Shown one piece after another: positions 1-9,685 of a DNA stretch of 64,000 bases. Within the stretch, counting starts at the first letter, position 1. Each line of letters starts with the position of its first letter. The notes beneath the pieces are model-generated. The model searched no databases and was not told where the DNA came from. It saw only the letters and a list, made by a program, of their open reading frames with translations. The stretch covers positions 9,211-73,210 of the forward strand of contig JAJEEU010000080.1 of assembly GCA_022820825.1 (NCBI GenBank), read 5' to 3'. Source of the stretch: Vicinamibacteria bacterium (GTDB lineage Bacteria > Acidobacteriota > Vicinamibacteria > Vicinamibacterales > UBA8438). Position numbers and translations under genes: made by a program.

Positions 1-2
1 CG

Positions 3-266
3 GATGTGAAGATCTTCCTGGATGCCACCCCGGCGGAGCGCGCCGCGCGGCGGTCCAGCGATCCGGCTCACGACCTTTCCCGCGCGGGTGCGATCGACGT
101 GGTTGCCGATGCGCTCGCGGCCCGCGACCGGCTCGACCGCACGCGGGACGCGTCGCCCCTGCGCAAGGCGGAGGACGCCACGGTGGTCGACACGACCAGC
201 CTGCAGGTAGCGTCCGTCGTGGAACACGTTCTGGACATCGTGCGCGGCCGTCTCGAAGCCGGCTGA
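3..266 (+). CDS. cmk: cytidylate kinase, C-terminal part (5' end outside window)
   Basis: KIFLDA..ERA.RR, RD..D..R..SPL..AEDA..VDT motifs; lies directly upstream of rpsA (conserved cmk-rpsA order). Confidence 0.9.
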   Translation, partial: DVKIFLDATPAERAARRSSDPAHDLSRAGAIDVVADALAARDRLDRTRDASPLRKAEDATVVDTTSLQVASVVEHVLDIVRGRLEAG

Positions 267-319
267 ACGCCGTCGAACCGGCGCCCCGGGGGCCGGCCCG
301 ATGCGCGCGCCGGCGGTTG

Positions 320-349
320 TTGACCGGCCGGCGAGTGGCATCGTATAGT
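320..349 (+). promoter_or_regulatory. putative sigma70 promoter for rpsA
   Basis: TTGACC (320-325), 18-nt spacer, TATAGT (344-349). Confidence 0.55.
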
Positions 350-354
350 CCTTT

Positions 355-530
355 GCTCACAGTAATTAACAGCTCGTGGCGAAACCCCGCGTCGCACCGA
401 GACCGGTCAGGCGCCCGGCTGACAAGGCGAGACGAGCGAGCATACTTTTAAGTATGTGAGCGAGGAACAACACAGTCAGGCGGGATGCATGGCCGGTCGA
501 ATGCAGCGGGGCTTTTGCCACGGGCTGTTT
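355..530 (+). ncRNA. structured rpsA 5' leader (long rod hairpin); candidate cis-regulatory RNA
   Basis: 368-390 pairs with 506-529; 401-423 pairs with 475-498; apical hairpin 440-457; stem ends just before the SD-like AGGGAG at 531. Confidence 0.55.
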
Positions 531-550
531 AGGGAGAGAGTACGCAGAGC

Positions 551-2263
551 ATGACGAACACAGAAGACGTCGTGACGGCCGGATTCGGCGGCGACGAAGC
601 CATGGATCGGGAGGAGTACGAACGTCTCCTGGCCATGTACGACAGCAGCTTCCGCAATATCACCGAGGGGGATGTCATCGAGGGGACGGTGCTGAAGGTC
701 TCGTCCGCCGAGGTGATTGTCGACGTCGGATACAAGTCGGAAGGCATCATCTCCATCGCGGAGTTTCTCGACGAGAACGGACAGGTCACCGTGCAGCCGG
801 GCGACGCTGTCGACGTGCTGCTGGAGCGGACCGAGGACCGCGACGGCCATATCGTGCTCTCGCGCGAGAAGGCCGAGAAGATGAAGATCTGGGACGACGT
901 GGAGAAGGCCTACGCCGAGCGCCGCGTCGTCATCGGCCGCGTCATCGAGCGGATCAAGGGCGGTCTGGCGGTGGACATCGGCGTCCGCGCGTTCCTGCCC
1001 GGCTCGCAGATCGACGTGCGGCCGGTCCGCAACCTCGACGCGCTGAAGGGGCAGGAGCTCCGCATGCGCGTCATCAAGGCGAACAAGAAGCGCGGCAACA
1101 TCGTGCTCTCGCGCAAGGTCCTCATCGAGGAGGAGAACGCCGAGAAGAAGAAGAACACGCTGGCCACGATCGCCGAAGGCAAGGTGATGCCCGGCGTCGT
1201 CAAGAACATCACCGACTACGGCGCCTTCATCGACCTCGGCGGCATCGACGGCCTGCTCCACGTCACCGACATGTCGTGGGGGCGTGCGCAGCACCCGTCG
1301 GAGCTGTTCAAGGTGAACGACGACGTCGAGGTCATCATCCTGAAGTACGACGCCGCTACCGAGCGGGTGTCGCTGGGATACAAGCAGCTCCACGCTGACC
1401 CCTGGTCGTCGGCGAGCGAGCGCTATCCGGTCGGCCAGCGGATTTCCGGCAAGGTGGTCAGCCTGACGGACTACGGCGCGTTCGTCGAGCTGGAGCCGGG
1501 GGTCGAGGGCCTGATCCACGTCTCGGAGATGTCGTGGAGCAAGCGCGTGAAGCATCCATCGAAGGTGTTGACCATCGGCGACACGGTCGAGTCGATGGTG
1601 CTCGGCGTGGATCCGGAGGCGCGGAGGATCTCGCTGGGCCTCAAGCAGATCGAGTCCAATCCCTGGCACAACCTGGCCGAGCGCTATCCGATCGGCGCGC
1701 GCATCTCGGGCAAGGTGCGCAACCTGACGGAGTTCGGCGCCTTCGTCGAGGTGGAGGAGGGCATCGACGGCTTGATCCACGTCTCCGACATGTCCTGGAG
1801 CAAGCGGCTGGCCCACCCGTCGGACGTGCTCAAGAAGGGCGATGACGTGGAAGCGATGGTGCTCAACATCGACCCCGACAACCAGCGCCTGTCGCTCGGC
1901 CTGAAGCAGCTCACCACGGACATCTGGGACGACTTCTTCGCGAACAACAAGGTGGGCGACATCGTCGAGGGCAAGGTGGTGCGGGTGACCAACTTCGGGG
2001 CCTTCGTGGAGCTTTCCGAGGGCATCGAGGGCTTGATCCACGTATCGGAATTCGATGCCGGTCAGGGCGATTCGGAAACGGAGATCGCCGTGGACAGCAC
2101 GATCAAGATGCGCATCATCAAGCTGAGCCCGACCGAGCGGAAGATCGGTCTCAGCGTCCGCGCGCTGAAGTCGGACGACTACGAGAGCAACTGGCAGAAC
2201 TACGCGACGAGCGAATCGCCCGAGGTGACGCTGGGTGATCACTTCAAGCACCGGAGATCCTAG
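551..2263 (+). CDS. rpsA: 30S ribosomal protein S1
   Basis: six tandem S1 domains (GAFVEL..G.EGL.H.SE repeats), DVGYKSEG, AFLPGSQID. Confidence 0.98.
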   Translation: MTNTEDVVTAGFGGDEAMDREEYERLLAMYDSSFRNITEGDVIEGTVLKVSSAEVIVDVGYKSEGIISIAEFLDENGQVTVQPGDAVDVLLERTEDRDGHIVLSREKAEKMKIWDDVEKAYAERRVVIGRVIERIKGGLAVDIGVRAFLPGSQIDVRPVRNLDALKGQELRMRVIKANKKRGNIVLSRKVLIEEENAEKKKNTLATIAEGKVMPGVVKNITDYGAFIDLGGIDGLLHVTDMSWGRAQHPSELFKVNDDVEVIILKYDAATERVSLGYKQLHADPWSSASERYPVGQRISGKVVSLTDYGAFVELEPGVEGLIHVSEMSWSKRVKHPSKVLTIGDTVESMVLGVDPEARRISLGLKQIESNPWHNLAERYPIGARISGKVRNLTEFGAFVEVEEGIDGLIHVSDMSWSKRLAHPSDVLKKGDDVEAMVLNIDPDNQRLSLGLKQLTTDIWDDFFANNKVGDIVEGKVVRVTNFGAFVELSEGIEGLIHVSEFDAGQGDSETEIAVDSTIKMRIIKLSPTERKIGLSVRALKSDDYESNWQNYATSESPEVTLGDHFKHRRS

Positions 2264-2325
2264 ATAGCCGGCGCACGACTGCCGGCGCACCGCTGATGGA
2301 TGGCCGACCCGTGACCGAGGGCAGC

Positions 2326-2634
2326 ATGACGAAGGCGGCGCTCGTGGAGGAAGTGGCCCGCGTCGCCGACCTCACGAAAAAGCACGCGGAGATAATCGTC
2401 GATACGGTGTTCCACAGCATCGTCGAGGCGCTGCACCGCGGCGAGAAGATCGAGCTTCGCGGCTTCGGCAGCTTCCGGCTGCGGCGGCGCGAGCCGCGCA
2501 AGGGCCGCAACCCCAAGACCGGCGACCGTGTGGACGTGCCGTCGAAGCGCGTCCCCTACTTCAAGCCCGGCAAGGAGCTGAAGGAGCTGATCAACCGCGA
2601 GGCGGCGTCGGACGGCGGTCCGCCGCCGCCCTAG
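2326..2634 (+). CDS. ihfB: integration host factor beta / HU-family DNA-binding protein
   Basis: MTKAALVEEVA...IELRGFGSF...GRNPKTG...VPYFKPGKEL; follows rpsA. Confidence 0.88.
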   Translation: MTKAALVEEVARVADLTKKHAEIIVDTVFHSIVEALHRGEKIELRGFGSFRLRRREPRKGRNPKTGDRVDVPSKRVPYFKPGKELKELINREAASDGGPPPP

Positions 2635-2665
2635 CAGCCCGCCGCAGGAATTCGCCACGCATACC

Positions 2666-3169
2666 GTGGAACGTCTCTGGGCCCCGTGGCGGCTGGCGTA
2701 CCTGACGAGTGCAGGCAGCGGGGGCGGCGGGTGTATCTTCTGCCGCGCGCGCGACGAGGACCCGCCCTCGCCGCTGGTGGTGCACGGCGGCGGCCGCTGC
2801 TACGTCATCCTGAACAAGTACCCGTACAGCAACGGGCATCTGCTGGTCGTGCCCCGGCGCCACGTCGGGACCCTGGCCGGACTCGACGCCGCCGAGCTGA
2901 GCGAGCTGGCGGTGCTGATGCAGGCGGCCGAGAAGGTGCTGACCGCGGCGTACTCCCCGCAGGGCCTGAACGTGGGCGTCAACGTCGGCCGCGCGGCCGG
3001 CGCCGGCGCGCCCGGCCATCTGCACGTGCACCTGGTGCCGCGCTGGGACGGCGACACCAGCTTCATGACGGTCGTGGCGGACACGCGCGTCGTGCCCGAG
3101 GAGCTGGACGCGACCGCCCGCCGCCTGCGCCCGCTCTTCGAGAAGATCCTCGGCACGCCCGCCGCCTGA
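2666..3169 (+). CDS. HIT-family nucleotide hydrolase
   Basis: LWAPWR N-terminus, CIFC, LNKYPYSNGHLLVVP, HLHVH histidine triad. Confidence 0.92.
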   Translation: MERLWAPWRLAYLTSAGSGGGGCIFCRARDEDPPSPLVVHGGGRCYVILNKYPYSNGHLLVVPRRHVGTLAGLDAAELSELAVLMQAAEKVLTAAYSPQGLNVGVNVGRAAGAGAPGHLHVHLVPRWDGDTSFMTVVADTRVVPEELDATARRLRPLFEKILGTPAA

Positions 3170-3181
3170 CAAGCTCGAACG

Positions 3182-4351
3182 TTAACGGCCGCTCAGCACC
3201 TGCTTCGCAATTGTCTGCAACTGCATGTTCGACGTGCCTTCGTACACCTGGCCGATGATCGCGTCCCGGTACAGCTTCTCGACCGGGTAGTCCCTGGTGT
3301 AGCCGACGCCGCCGAGCAACTGGACGGCGAGCGAGGTCACCCGCTCGGCCACCTGCGACGTGTACAGCTTGGCCATCGCCCCGGGCGTCAGATAGCCGCT
3401 TCCCGCGTCGCGCAGCCGGGCGGCGTTGTAGGTCAGCAGGCGCGCGGCCTCCAGCTCGGTCGCCGCCTGCGCGATCTGGAACTGCACGCCCTGGAAGCTG
3501 CCGATCGGCTTGCCGAACTGCTTGCGTTCCTGCACGTAGGCCACCGCGTGGTCCAGCGCGCCCTGCGCCAGGCCGATCATCTGCGCGCCGATCCCGATGC
3601 GCCCTTCGTTCAGCGTCTCGATGGCGACCTTGTAGCCGCGGCCGAGCTCGCCCAGGATGTTCTCGCGCGGCACGCGGCAGTCGTCGAGCAGCAGCTCGCA
3701 GGTGCTGCTGGCGCGAATGCCGAGCTTGTCCTCCTTCTTGCCGACGCGGAACCCGGGCGTCCCGCGCTCGACCATGAAGGCCGTGATGCCGCGATAGCCT
3801 TCCTCGGGCGCCGCGTTGGCGAACACGATGAACAGCTCGGCCTCTTCCGCGTTGGAAATCCAGAGCTTGCGCCCGTTCAGCACGTAGTGGTCGCCGTCGG
3901 CATCGGCGCGCGTCGCCATGGCGAAGGCGTCGCTGCCGGAGCCGGCCTCGGACAGCGCGTACGCCCCGACCGCGCCTCCGGCCAGCCGCGGCAGGAAGCG
4001 GCGCTTGAAGTCGTCGCCGCCCCAGCGCAGCAGCGCGTTGATCACGAGCGTGTTCTGGACGTCCACGACGAGGGCGACCGACGGATCGACGCGTGCGAGC
4101 TCCTCGACGGCGATGATGGACAGGAAGAAATGCCCGCCCGCGCCGCCGTACTGCTCGGGTATCTCCACGGCCATCAGGCCCAGGTCGAAGAGCTTGTCGA
4201 TCAGCTCGCGCGGAATGTGCGCCTGCTCGTCCATCTCGCGTACGTGCGGCGCCACCTCCGCCGCGGCGAACGCGCGCACGTTGTCGCGCAGCAGCGCTTC
4301 GTCCTCCGAAAACCGGGTCAAGGGTGGTGTCGCAGCGACGGTCTCATACAT
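3182..4351 (-). CDS. acyl-CoA dehydrogenase (short/branched-chain type)
   Basis: [50 protein letters not shown] motifs. Confidence 0.93.
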   Translation of the reverse strand: MYETVAATPPLTRFSEDEALLRDNVRAFAAAEVAPHVREMDEQAHIPRELIDKLFDLGLMAVEIPEQYGGAGGHFFLSIIAVEELARVDPSVALVVDVQNTLVINALLRWGGDDFKRRFLPRLAGGAVGAYALSEAGSGSDAFAMATRADADGDHYVLNGRKLWISNAEEAELFIVFANAAPEEGYRGITAFMVERGTPGFRVGKKEDKLGIRASSTCELLLDDCRVPRENILGELGRGYKVAIETLNEGRIGIGAQMIGLAQGALDHAVAYVQERKQFGKPIGSFQGVQFQIAQAATELEAARLLTYNAARLRDAGSGYLTPGAMAKLYTSQVAERVTSLAVQLLGGVGYTRDYPVEKLYRDAIIGQVYEGTSNMQLQTIAKQVLSGR

Positions 4352-4410
4352 GTGTCGAACCTCGTTCCCCTTCAACAACTATACGTGAGCGGGGAAACAC
4401 GCAGGACCGC

Positions 4411-4455
4411 TTGACAGTCGCTGCATCACCGATAAAGATAATAGAAAGAAGGAGG
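4411..4455 (+). promoter_or_regulatory. putative hicBA promoter and RBS
   Basis: TTGACA at 4411-4416, AT-rich -10 region (TAAAGATAAT), strong SD AAGGAGG just before ATG 4463. Confidence 0.5.
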
Positions 4456-4462
4456 AACTTTC

Positions 4463-5017
4463 ATGAACTTCACGCTCCGCGGCGAGGCGCTTGCGATCAC
4501 CTCGGCCGACATCATCAGAGCTACGCGCGGCGTTCCGCCGGCCCCGACCGATGGGCGGAACAAGTACTTTGTCGAACTCCACGGACAGCGTTTTCCGATC
4601 AAGCAGGTCCTGCGGCTTGTCACCCGCCTTTCGCCGGTGGGTTTCACGGCGCAGGACGCGCATCGGATTCTCTCGCGGCTTGGCTTCGACATCTTCGAGG
4701 ACCAGGCGCCAACGCCGTCGGCCGGGCGGACCCCGACCCCTGCCAACGACGAGCCGGTCTCTTTGATCGACCCAGGAGCCGCGAACCAGGAGACCAGCGA
4801 AGTCCGCAGACTGCTGGTGATGTTCCAGAGGGATGAGGACGGCTGGGAAGTGGCAAGCTGTCCGACGCTGCCCGGATGCCACAGCCAGGGACGAACGAGG
4901 CAGGAGGCGCTCGACAACATCCGGGAAGCGATCAGAGGCTACCTGGCGAGCCTGCGGGAGCACGACGCCGCGCTGCCCGCGTCGTCCGAGTTTCAGGTCA
5001 TCGAGGTGCGGGCGTAG
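4463..5017 (+). CDS. hicB: HicB-family antitoxin fused to an extra N-terminal domain
   Basis: C-terminal DEDGW.VASCPTLPGCHSQG.TR.EAL.NI.EAI is classic HicB; ~77-aa N-terminal domain plus Pro/Thr linker. Confidence 0.85.
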   Translation: MNFTLRGEALAITSADIIRATRGVPPAPTDGRNKYFVELHGQRFPIKQVLRLVTRLSPVGFTAQDAHRILSRLGFDIFEDQAPTPSAGRTPTPANDEPVSLIDPGAANQETSEVRRLLVMFQRDEDGWEVASCPTLPGCHSQGRTRQEALDNIREAIRGYLASLREHDAALPASSEFQVIEVRA

Positions 5018-5019
5018 CC

Positions 5020-5247
5020 GTGGTACGACTCCCCGTTCTCTCGGGAGACGATTTCGCGAAGACTGTCGCCCAGCTCGGATTCTTCCTCGATCGCACGGAA
5101 GGCAGCCACATGATCCTGATTGGGCCAACCGGCCGGCGGCTCTCGGTACCGAAGCATCGCGAACTGGGCCGCGGTCTGCTGAGAGCACTGATCCGCGACG
5201 CCGGCCTGACACGCGAAGAATTCCTCGAACTCGTGCGCGGAAGGTGA
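5020..5247 (+). CDS. hicA: HicA-family mRNA interferase toxin
   Basis: GTG start 2 nt after hicB stop; LP.LSG...LGF..DR.EGSH.IL...LSVP.H.EL..GLLR.LI.DAGL. Confidence 0.9.
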   Translation: MVRLPVLSGDDFAKTVAQLGFFLDRTEGSHMILIGPTGRRLSVPKHRELGRGLLRALIRDAGLTREEFLELVRGR

Positions 5248-5405
5248 CGACCGATCCGGGCGTCCTCCAAGACTTTCCGCAGTGTGCCGGCGCTCACCCG
5301 GTGCGCCTTGATCGCCGCCTGTACCTCGCGCTCGACGAACGGCGCCAGCCCCGCCTTCAGCAGCTCCATCGCCTTGCCGACGCGTTCATGATTCGTTGTG
5401 GCCAT
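5247..5405 (-). pseudogene. 5' remnant of a Swt1-like HEPN / DUF499 AAA-ATPase-type gene
   Basis: MATTNHERVGKAMELLKAGLAPFVERE is the N-terminus I recognise from Swt1-HEPN-DUF499 proteins; AGGA SD upstream; similarity lost at the hicA stop. Confidence 0.7.
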
Positions 5406-5519
5406 GGTGTCCTGCGCTACCGAAGATGCGTGACTGCAAGACGGCTTTGTATGGGAACCGCCGGCTCTCGGCCCGATGGTATCATTGAGGGCGGTTTCCG
5501 CCGGGATTCCGGGGGGTTC

Positions 5520-7631
5520 ATGGGTTTTCTTGCCAGTCGACGGCTGCCATACATCCTGCTCGCCGTTGCCGCCGTGCTCGCGCTGGCCTGGCTGCCGGGG
5601 CTGCGCGCGCAGCAGCAGGCGCCGGATCCCGACGCCGCGCCGGACGCCGCCGCCGCCCCGGTGGAGCAGGAGCAGGCGGACGCGGAGCAGCCGATCTTCC
5701 GCGCCGGCATCAACTTCATCCGCGTCGACGTCATCGTCACCGACGACGACGGCAACCTCGTGCGCGATCTCGACGTCAGCGATTTCCAGGTGTTCGAGGA
5801 CGACGAGTTGCAGGAGATCGAATCGTTCCAGTTGATCGAGATCGGGCCGGTGCCGGCCGCGGATGCCGAGCCCGCGCGCCCCGTGATCAACCGCTACGAC
5901 GAGGAGCGGGAGGCCGCGCGCGCGGACACGCGCATCTTCGTCATCTTCTTCGACGACTACCACGTCCGCTGGGAGAACGGCGTGCGTGCGGGGCGCCAGG
6001 TGGCGCGCTTCCTGCGCGAGAACCTGCTGCCGACCGACCTGGTCGGCATCATGTACCCGCTCACGCCGATCGATGACGTGCGGCTGACCCGCAACCACGA
6101 GGCGATCGCGGAGGCGGCGGAGAACTTCTACGGCGTGAAGTACGACTACGAGGCGCGCAACATGTTCGAGCAGCGCTACGTGCATTACCCGACGGACATC
6201 GTGGAGCGGATTCGCAACGACGTCTCGCTGTCGGCGCTGGAGGGCCTGATGGTCCGCCTGGGCGGGGTGCGCGAGGGGCGCAAGAACGTGCTGCTGATCA
6301 GCGAGGGGTACTCCAACTACGTGCCGGTGGAGCTCCGCAGCATGAACGCCGAGATGTTCGACGGGCCGCTGGTGCCGACCGTAGGCAACCAGAGCTACGA
6401 GGAGACCGCCCAGTTCTTCGAGGACGCGGGCATCCAGTTCGACCTGCGCGACGTGTACTCGACCGCCAACCGCTTCAACGCGACGATCTACGCGCTCGAC
6501 CCGCGGGGGCTGGCGATCAGCGAGTACGACGTCAGCCAGCGCTCGGTCAACCGGCGCACGGACGACCGGATGCTGCGGTCCACCCGCGACACGCTGTACG
6601 TGCTGGCGCGGGAAACCGACGGCCGCACCATCATGAACACGAACAACCTGCGCCCGGGACTCGACCAGATGGTGCAGGATTCCAGCGGCTACTACCTGCT
6701 CGGCTACAACTCGTCGCGTTCGCCTACGGACGGCAAGTACCACGAGATCGAGGTGCGCGTGCAGCGCGACGACGTGGACGTGCGCCACCGGCGCGGGTAC
6801 TGGGCGCTGACCGAGCGGGACGTCGAGCGCGCCATGAACCCGACGGTCGCCGAGGCGCCCAAGGCGGTCGACACGGCGCTGGAGGCGCTGGCGGCGCCGC
6901 GCCGCGGAGGCCGGCTGGTGCGCACCTGGGTGGGGGCGGAGAAAGGCGAGGCCGGACGCTCCCGGGTGACGTTCCTGTGGGAGCCGGAGCCGGCCGCCGG
7001 GGGGCGCCGCGAGGAGCCGGCGCGGGTACTGCTGACGGCGATGAGCGACAACGGCGGGCCTTTCTTCCGTGGCCGGGTGCCCGAACCGGCGGAGCGCGCG
7101 GGCCGCGGCACGGGCCGCCGCGCCGCGGCGGACGAGGCCGGCGAGGCGCGTGTCGAGTTCGAGGCGGCGCCCGGTCCGCTGCAGCTCAACCTTGCGATCG
7201 AGGACGCGGACGGCGACGTCATCGAGCGCGACCGGCACACGGTGGAGATCCCCGACTTCACCGGGACGGACCTCGTGCTGAGCACGCCGTCGTTCGTGCG
7301 CGCCCGCAACGAGATGGAATGGCGCGCGGTGGTGGGCGACCCGGACGTCGTGCCCACCGCAGCCCGCGATTTCCGCCGCACGGAACGCATCCTGATCCAG
7401 TTCGAGGCGTACTCGCCGGGCGCGGCGGAGCCTGACGTGACGGCCCAACTGCTGAACCGCGGCGGCGAGCCGATGCACCCGCTCACCGTCGTGCCGGCCG
7501 AAGACGGACGCCCCTACCAGGTGCACCTGCGGCCGGCCCACCTGCCGCCGGGCGACTACGTAATCGAGCTGTCGGCCTCGTCTTCCACCGACGAGGTGAC
7601 GCGGCTGGTCGCCTTCAGGCTGCGCTCATGA
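5520..7631 (+). CDS. secreted VWA-domain protein (acidobacterial VWFA-related type)
   Basis: signal peptide, [47 protein letters not shown]...DGKYH.IEV. Confidence 0.85.
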   Translation: MGFLASRRLPYILLAVAAVLALAWLPGLRAQQQAPDPDAAPDAAAAPVEQEQADAEQPIFRAGINFIRVDVIVTDDDGNLVRDLDVSDFQVFEDDELQEIESFQLIEIGPVPAADAEPARPVINRYDEEREAARADTRIFVIFFDDYHVRWENGVRAGRQVARFLRENLLPTDLVGIMYPLTPIDDVRLTRNHEAIAEAAENFYGVKYDYEARNMFEQRYVHYPTDIVERIRNDVSLSALEGLMVRLGGVREGRKNVLLISEGYSNYVPVELRSMNAEMFDGPLVPTVGNQSYEETAQFFEDAGIQFDLRDVYSTANRFNATIYALDPRGLAISEYDVSQRSVNRRTDDRMLRSTRDTLYVLARETDGRTIMNTNNLRPGLDQMVQDSSGYYLLGYNSSRSPTDGKYHEIEVRVQRDDVDVRHRRGYWALTERDVERAMNPTVAEAPKAVDTALEALAAPRRGGRLVRTWVGAEKGEAGRSRVTFLWEPEPAAGGRREEPARVLLTAMSDNGGPFFRGRVPEPAERAGRGTGRRAAADEAGEARVEFEAAPGPLQLNLAIEDADGDVIERDRHTVEIPDFTGTDLVLSTPSFVRARNEMEWRAVVGDPDVVPTAARDFRRTERILIQFEAYSPGAAEPDVTAQLLNRGGEPMHPLTVVPAEDGRPYQVHLRPAHLPPGDYVIELSASSSTDEVTRLVAFRLRS

Positions 7632-9205
7632 CGTCGTCCGCGGTGTCCGATCGCGAGGCCCGGCCGCTGTACACGGCAGCCGACGCCGCGGAGGCGACCC
7701 GGGAAAACCTGGGTGCTCCCGGCGAATTCCCGTACACGCGCGGCATCCACGCCTCCGGCTACGGCGGCAAGCTCTGGACGATGCGCCAGTTCTCCGGGTT
7801 CGGCACCCCAGCCGAGACGAACCGGCGCTACCACGAGTTGCTGCGCGCCGGCGGCACCGGCCTGAGCGTCGCCTTCGACCTGCCGACGCTGATGGGGCGC
7901 GACCCCGACCACCCGCTGTCGCTCGGCGAGGTGGGCAAGTGCGGCGTGAGCGTCGCCTCGCTGGCCGACATGGAGACGCTGCTCGAAGGCCTCCCGCTCG
8001 ACACGATCACGACGTCGATGACGATCAACTCGCCGGCGGCCATGATCTTCGCGATGTACCTGGTGGTCGCGGAGCAGCGCGGCGCGGCCTGGGCGAAGCT
8101 GTCCGGGACGATCCAGAACGACATCCTGAAGGAGTACATCGCGCAGAAGGAGTACATCTATCCGCCGCGTCCTTCCATGCGGCTCGTGACCGACGTATTC
8201 GGATTCTGCGCCGACAACGTGCCGCGCTGGAACACCATCTCGGTGAGCGGCTACCACATCCGGGAGGCGGGAGCGACCGCGCTGCAGGAGCTGGCGTTCA
8301 CGCTGCGCGACGGCATCGAGTACGTGCAGTACGGCGTCGACGCCGGCCTGCCGGTCGACCGCTTCGTGCCGCGCATCTCGTTCTTCTTCAACGCGCACAA
8401 CGACTTCTTCGAGGAGATCGCCAAGTACCGGGCCGCGCGCGCGTTGTGGGCCGCCGTGATTCGCGAGCGCTTCGGCGCGCGTGACGAGCGGTCGTGGAAG
8501 CTGCGCTTCCACTCCCAGACCGCCGGCGTCTCGCTGACCGCGCAGCAGCCGTACAACAACGTGGTCAGGACGGCGCTCCAGGCCCTGGCGGCGGTGCTGG
8601 GCGGCACCAACTCGCTGCATACGAACTCGCTGGACGAGGCGCTCGCGCTGCCGACGTCCGAGGCGGCGCTGCTGGCGCTGCGCACGCAGCAGGTGATTGC
8701 CCACGAGAGCGGCGTGACCGATGTGGTCGACCCGTTCGGCGGGTCGTACTACGTGGAGCGGCTCACGGCCGACCTGCAGGACGGCGCACGGGAGTACTTC
8801 GCGGCGATCGACCGCTTCGGCGGCATGGTGGAGGCGATCGAGCAGGGCTACCCGCAGCGCGAGATCGCCGACAGCGCCTACCGCTCGCAGCAGGCGGTCG
8901 AGGCGGGCGAGCAGACTATTGTCGGCGTGAACCGCTACACTGACGACGCGGCGGCCGACATTCCGATTCTGCAGATCGACGAACAGGTGGAGCGGGACCA
9001 GGTCGCGCGCGTCGCCGGGTTGCGGAAGCGGCGTGACGCCGCGGCCGCGCAGCGGACGCTCGACGCGCTGCGGCGCGCCGCCGAAGGGTCCGCAAACCTC
9101 ATGCCGTTCATTCTGGATGCCGTGCGCGCCTATGCCACCGTGGGCGAGATGTGCGACGCCCTGCGCGACGTCTGGGGCGAGTACGAGGAGACCCCGGGGG
9201 TCTAG
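7628..9205 (+). CDS. B12-dependent acyl-CoA mutase large (substrate-binding) subunit with isobutyryl-CoA mutase signature
   Basis: [58 protein letters not shown]; no B12-binding domain. Confidence 0.92.
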   Translation: MTSSAVSDREARPLYTAADAAEATRENLGAPGEFPYTRGIHASGYGGKLWTMRQFSGFGTPAETNRRYHELLRAGGTGLSVAFDLPTLMGRDPDHPLSLGEVGKCGVSVASLADMETLLEGLPLDTITTSMTINSPAAMIFAMYLVVAEQRGAAWAKLSGTIQNDILKEYIAQKEYIYPPRPSMRLVTDVFGFCADNVPRWNTISVSGYHIREAGATALQELAFTLRDGIEYVQYGVDAGLPVDRFVPRISFFFNAHNDFFEEIAKYRAARALWAAVIRERFGARDERSWKLRFHSQTAGVSLTAQQPYNNVVRTALQALAAVLGGTNSLHTNSLDEALALPTSEAALLALRTQQVIAHESGVTDVVDPFGGSYYVERLTADLQDGAREYFAAIDRFGGMVEAIEQGYPQREIADSAYRSQQAVEAGEQTIVGVNRYTDDAAADIPILQIDEQVERDQVARVAGLRKRRDAAAAQRTLDALRRAAEGSANLMPFILDAVRAYATVGEMCDALRDVWGEYEETPGV

Positions 9206-9210
9206 CGGGC

Positions 9211-9624
9211 ATGGCGCGTCCCATTCGAGTCGTCATCGCCAAGCCGGGCCTCGACGGTCACGACCGCGGCGCCAAGGTGATCGCCCGCGCGCTGCGCGAC
9301 GCCGGGATGGAGGTCATCTACACCGGACTGCGGCAGACACCGGAGCAGATCGTCGAGGTGGCGCTGCAGGAGGATGCCGACGTCATTGGTCTTTCGATTC
9401 TTTCGGGCGCGCACAACCACATCTGCCCGCGGCTGGTGAGCCTGCTGCGGGAGAAGGGGCTCGGCGACGTGCTGGTCGTGGTCGGGGGCATCATCCCGGA
9501 TGCCGACGTGCCGCAACTGGAGGCGCTCGGCATCAGCGGCGTGTTCCAGCCCGGCACGCCGATGCAGGCGATCAGCCGGTTCATCGAGAGCCGCGTCCAG
9601 CGCGGCGCGTCCGCCGCCACCTGA
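9211..9624 (+). CDS. cobalamin-binding small subunit of the acyl-CoA mutase
   Basis: [11 protein letters not shown] (DxHxxG), GLSILSG, VGGIIP. Confidence 0.93.
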   Translation: MARPIRVVIAKPGLDGHDRGAKVIARALRDAGMEVIYTGLRQTPEQIVEVALQEDADVIGLSILSGAHNHICPRLVSLLREKGLGDVLVVVGGIIPDADVPQLEALGISGVFQPGTPMQAISRFIESRVQRGASAAT

Positions 9625-9685
9625 CAACAATCCGCTCGAACGCGGCCTGCCCGCCATGGGCATCCGCCGCCGCAAGCTTTCCCGC

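Noticed and set aside
355-530. SRP RNA, tRNA or a confident 6S RNA call for the rpsA leader
   Set aside because: No GGAA-tetraloop SRP domain and no cloverleaf; the terminal stem is too short for a typical 6S RNA. Kept only as an unclassified structured leader.
4400-5416. 8-bp inverted match CGCAGGAC/GTCCTGCG bracketing the hicBA island
   Set aside because: Too short, no target duplication, and the right copy is simply the SD of the truncated gene.
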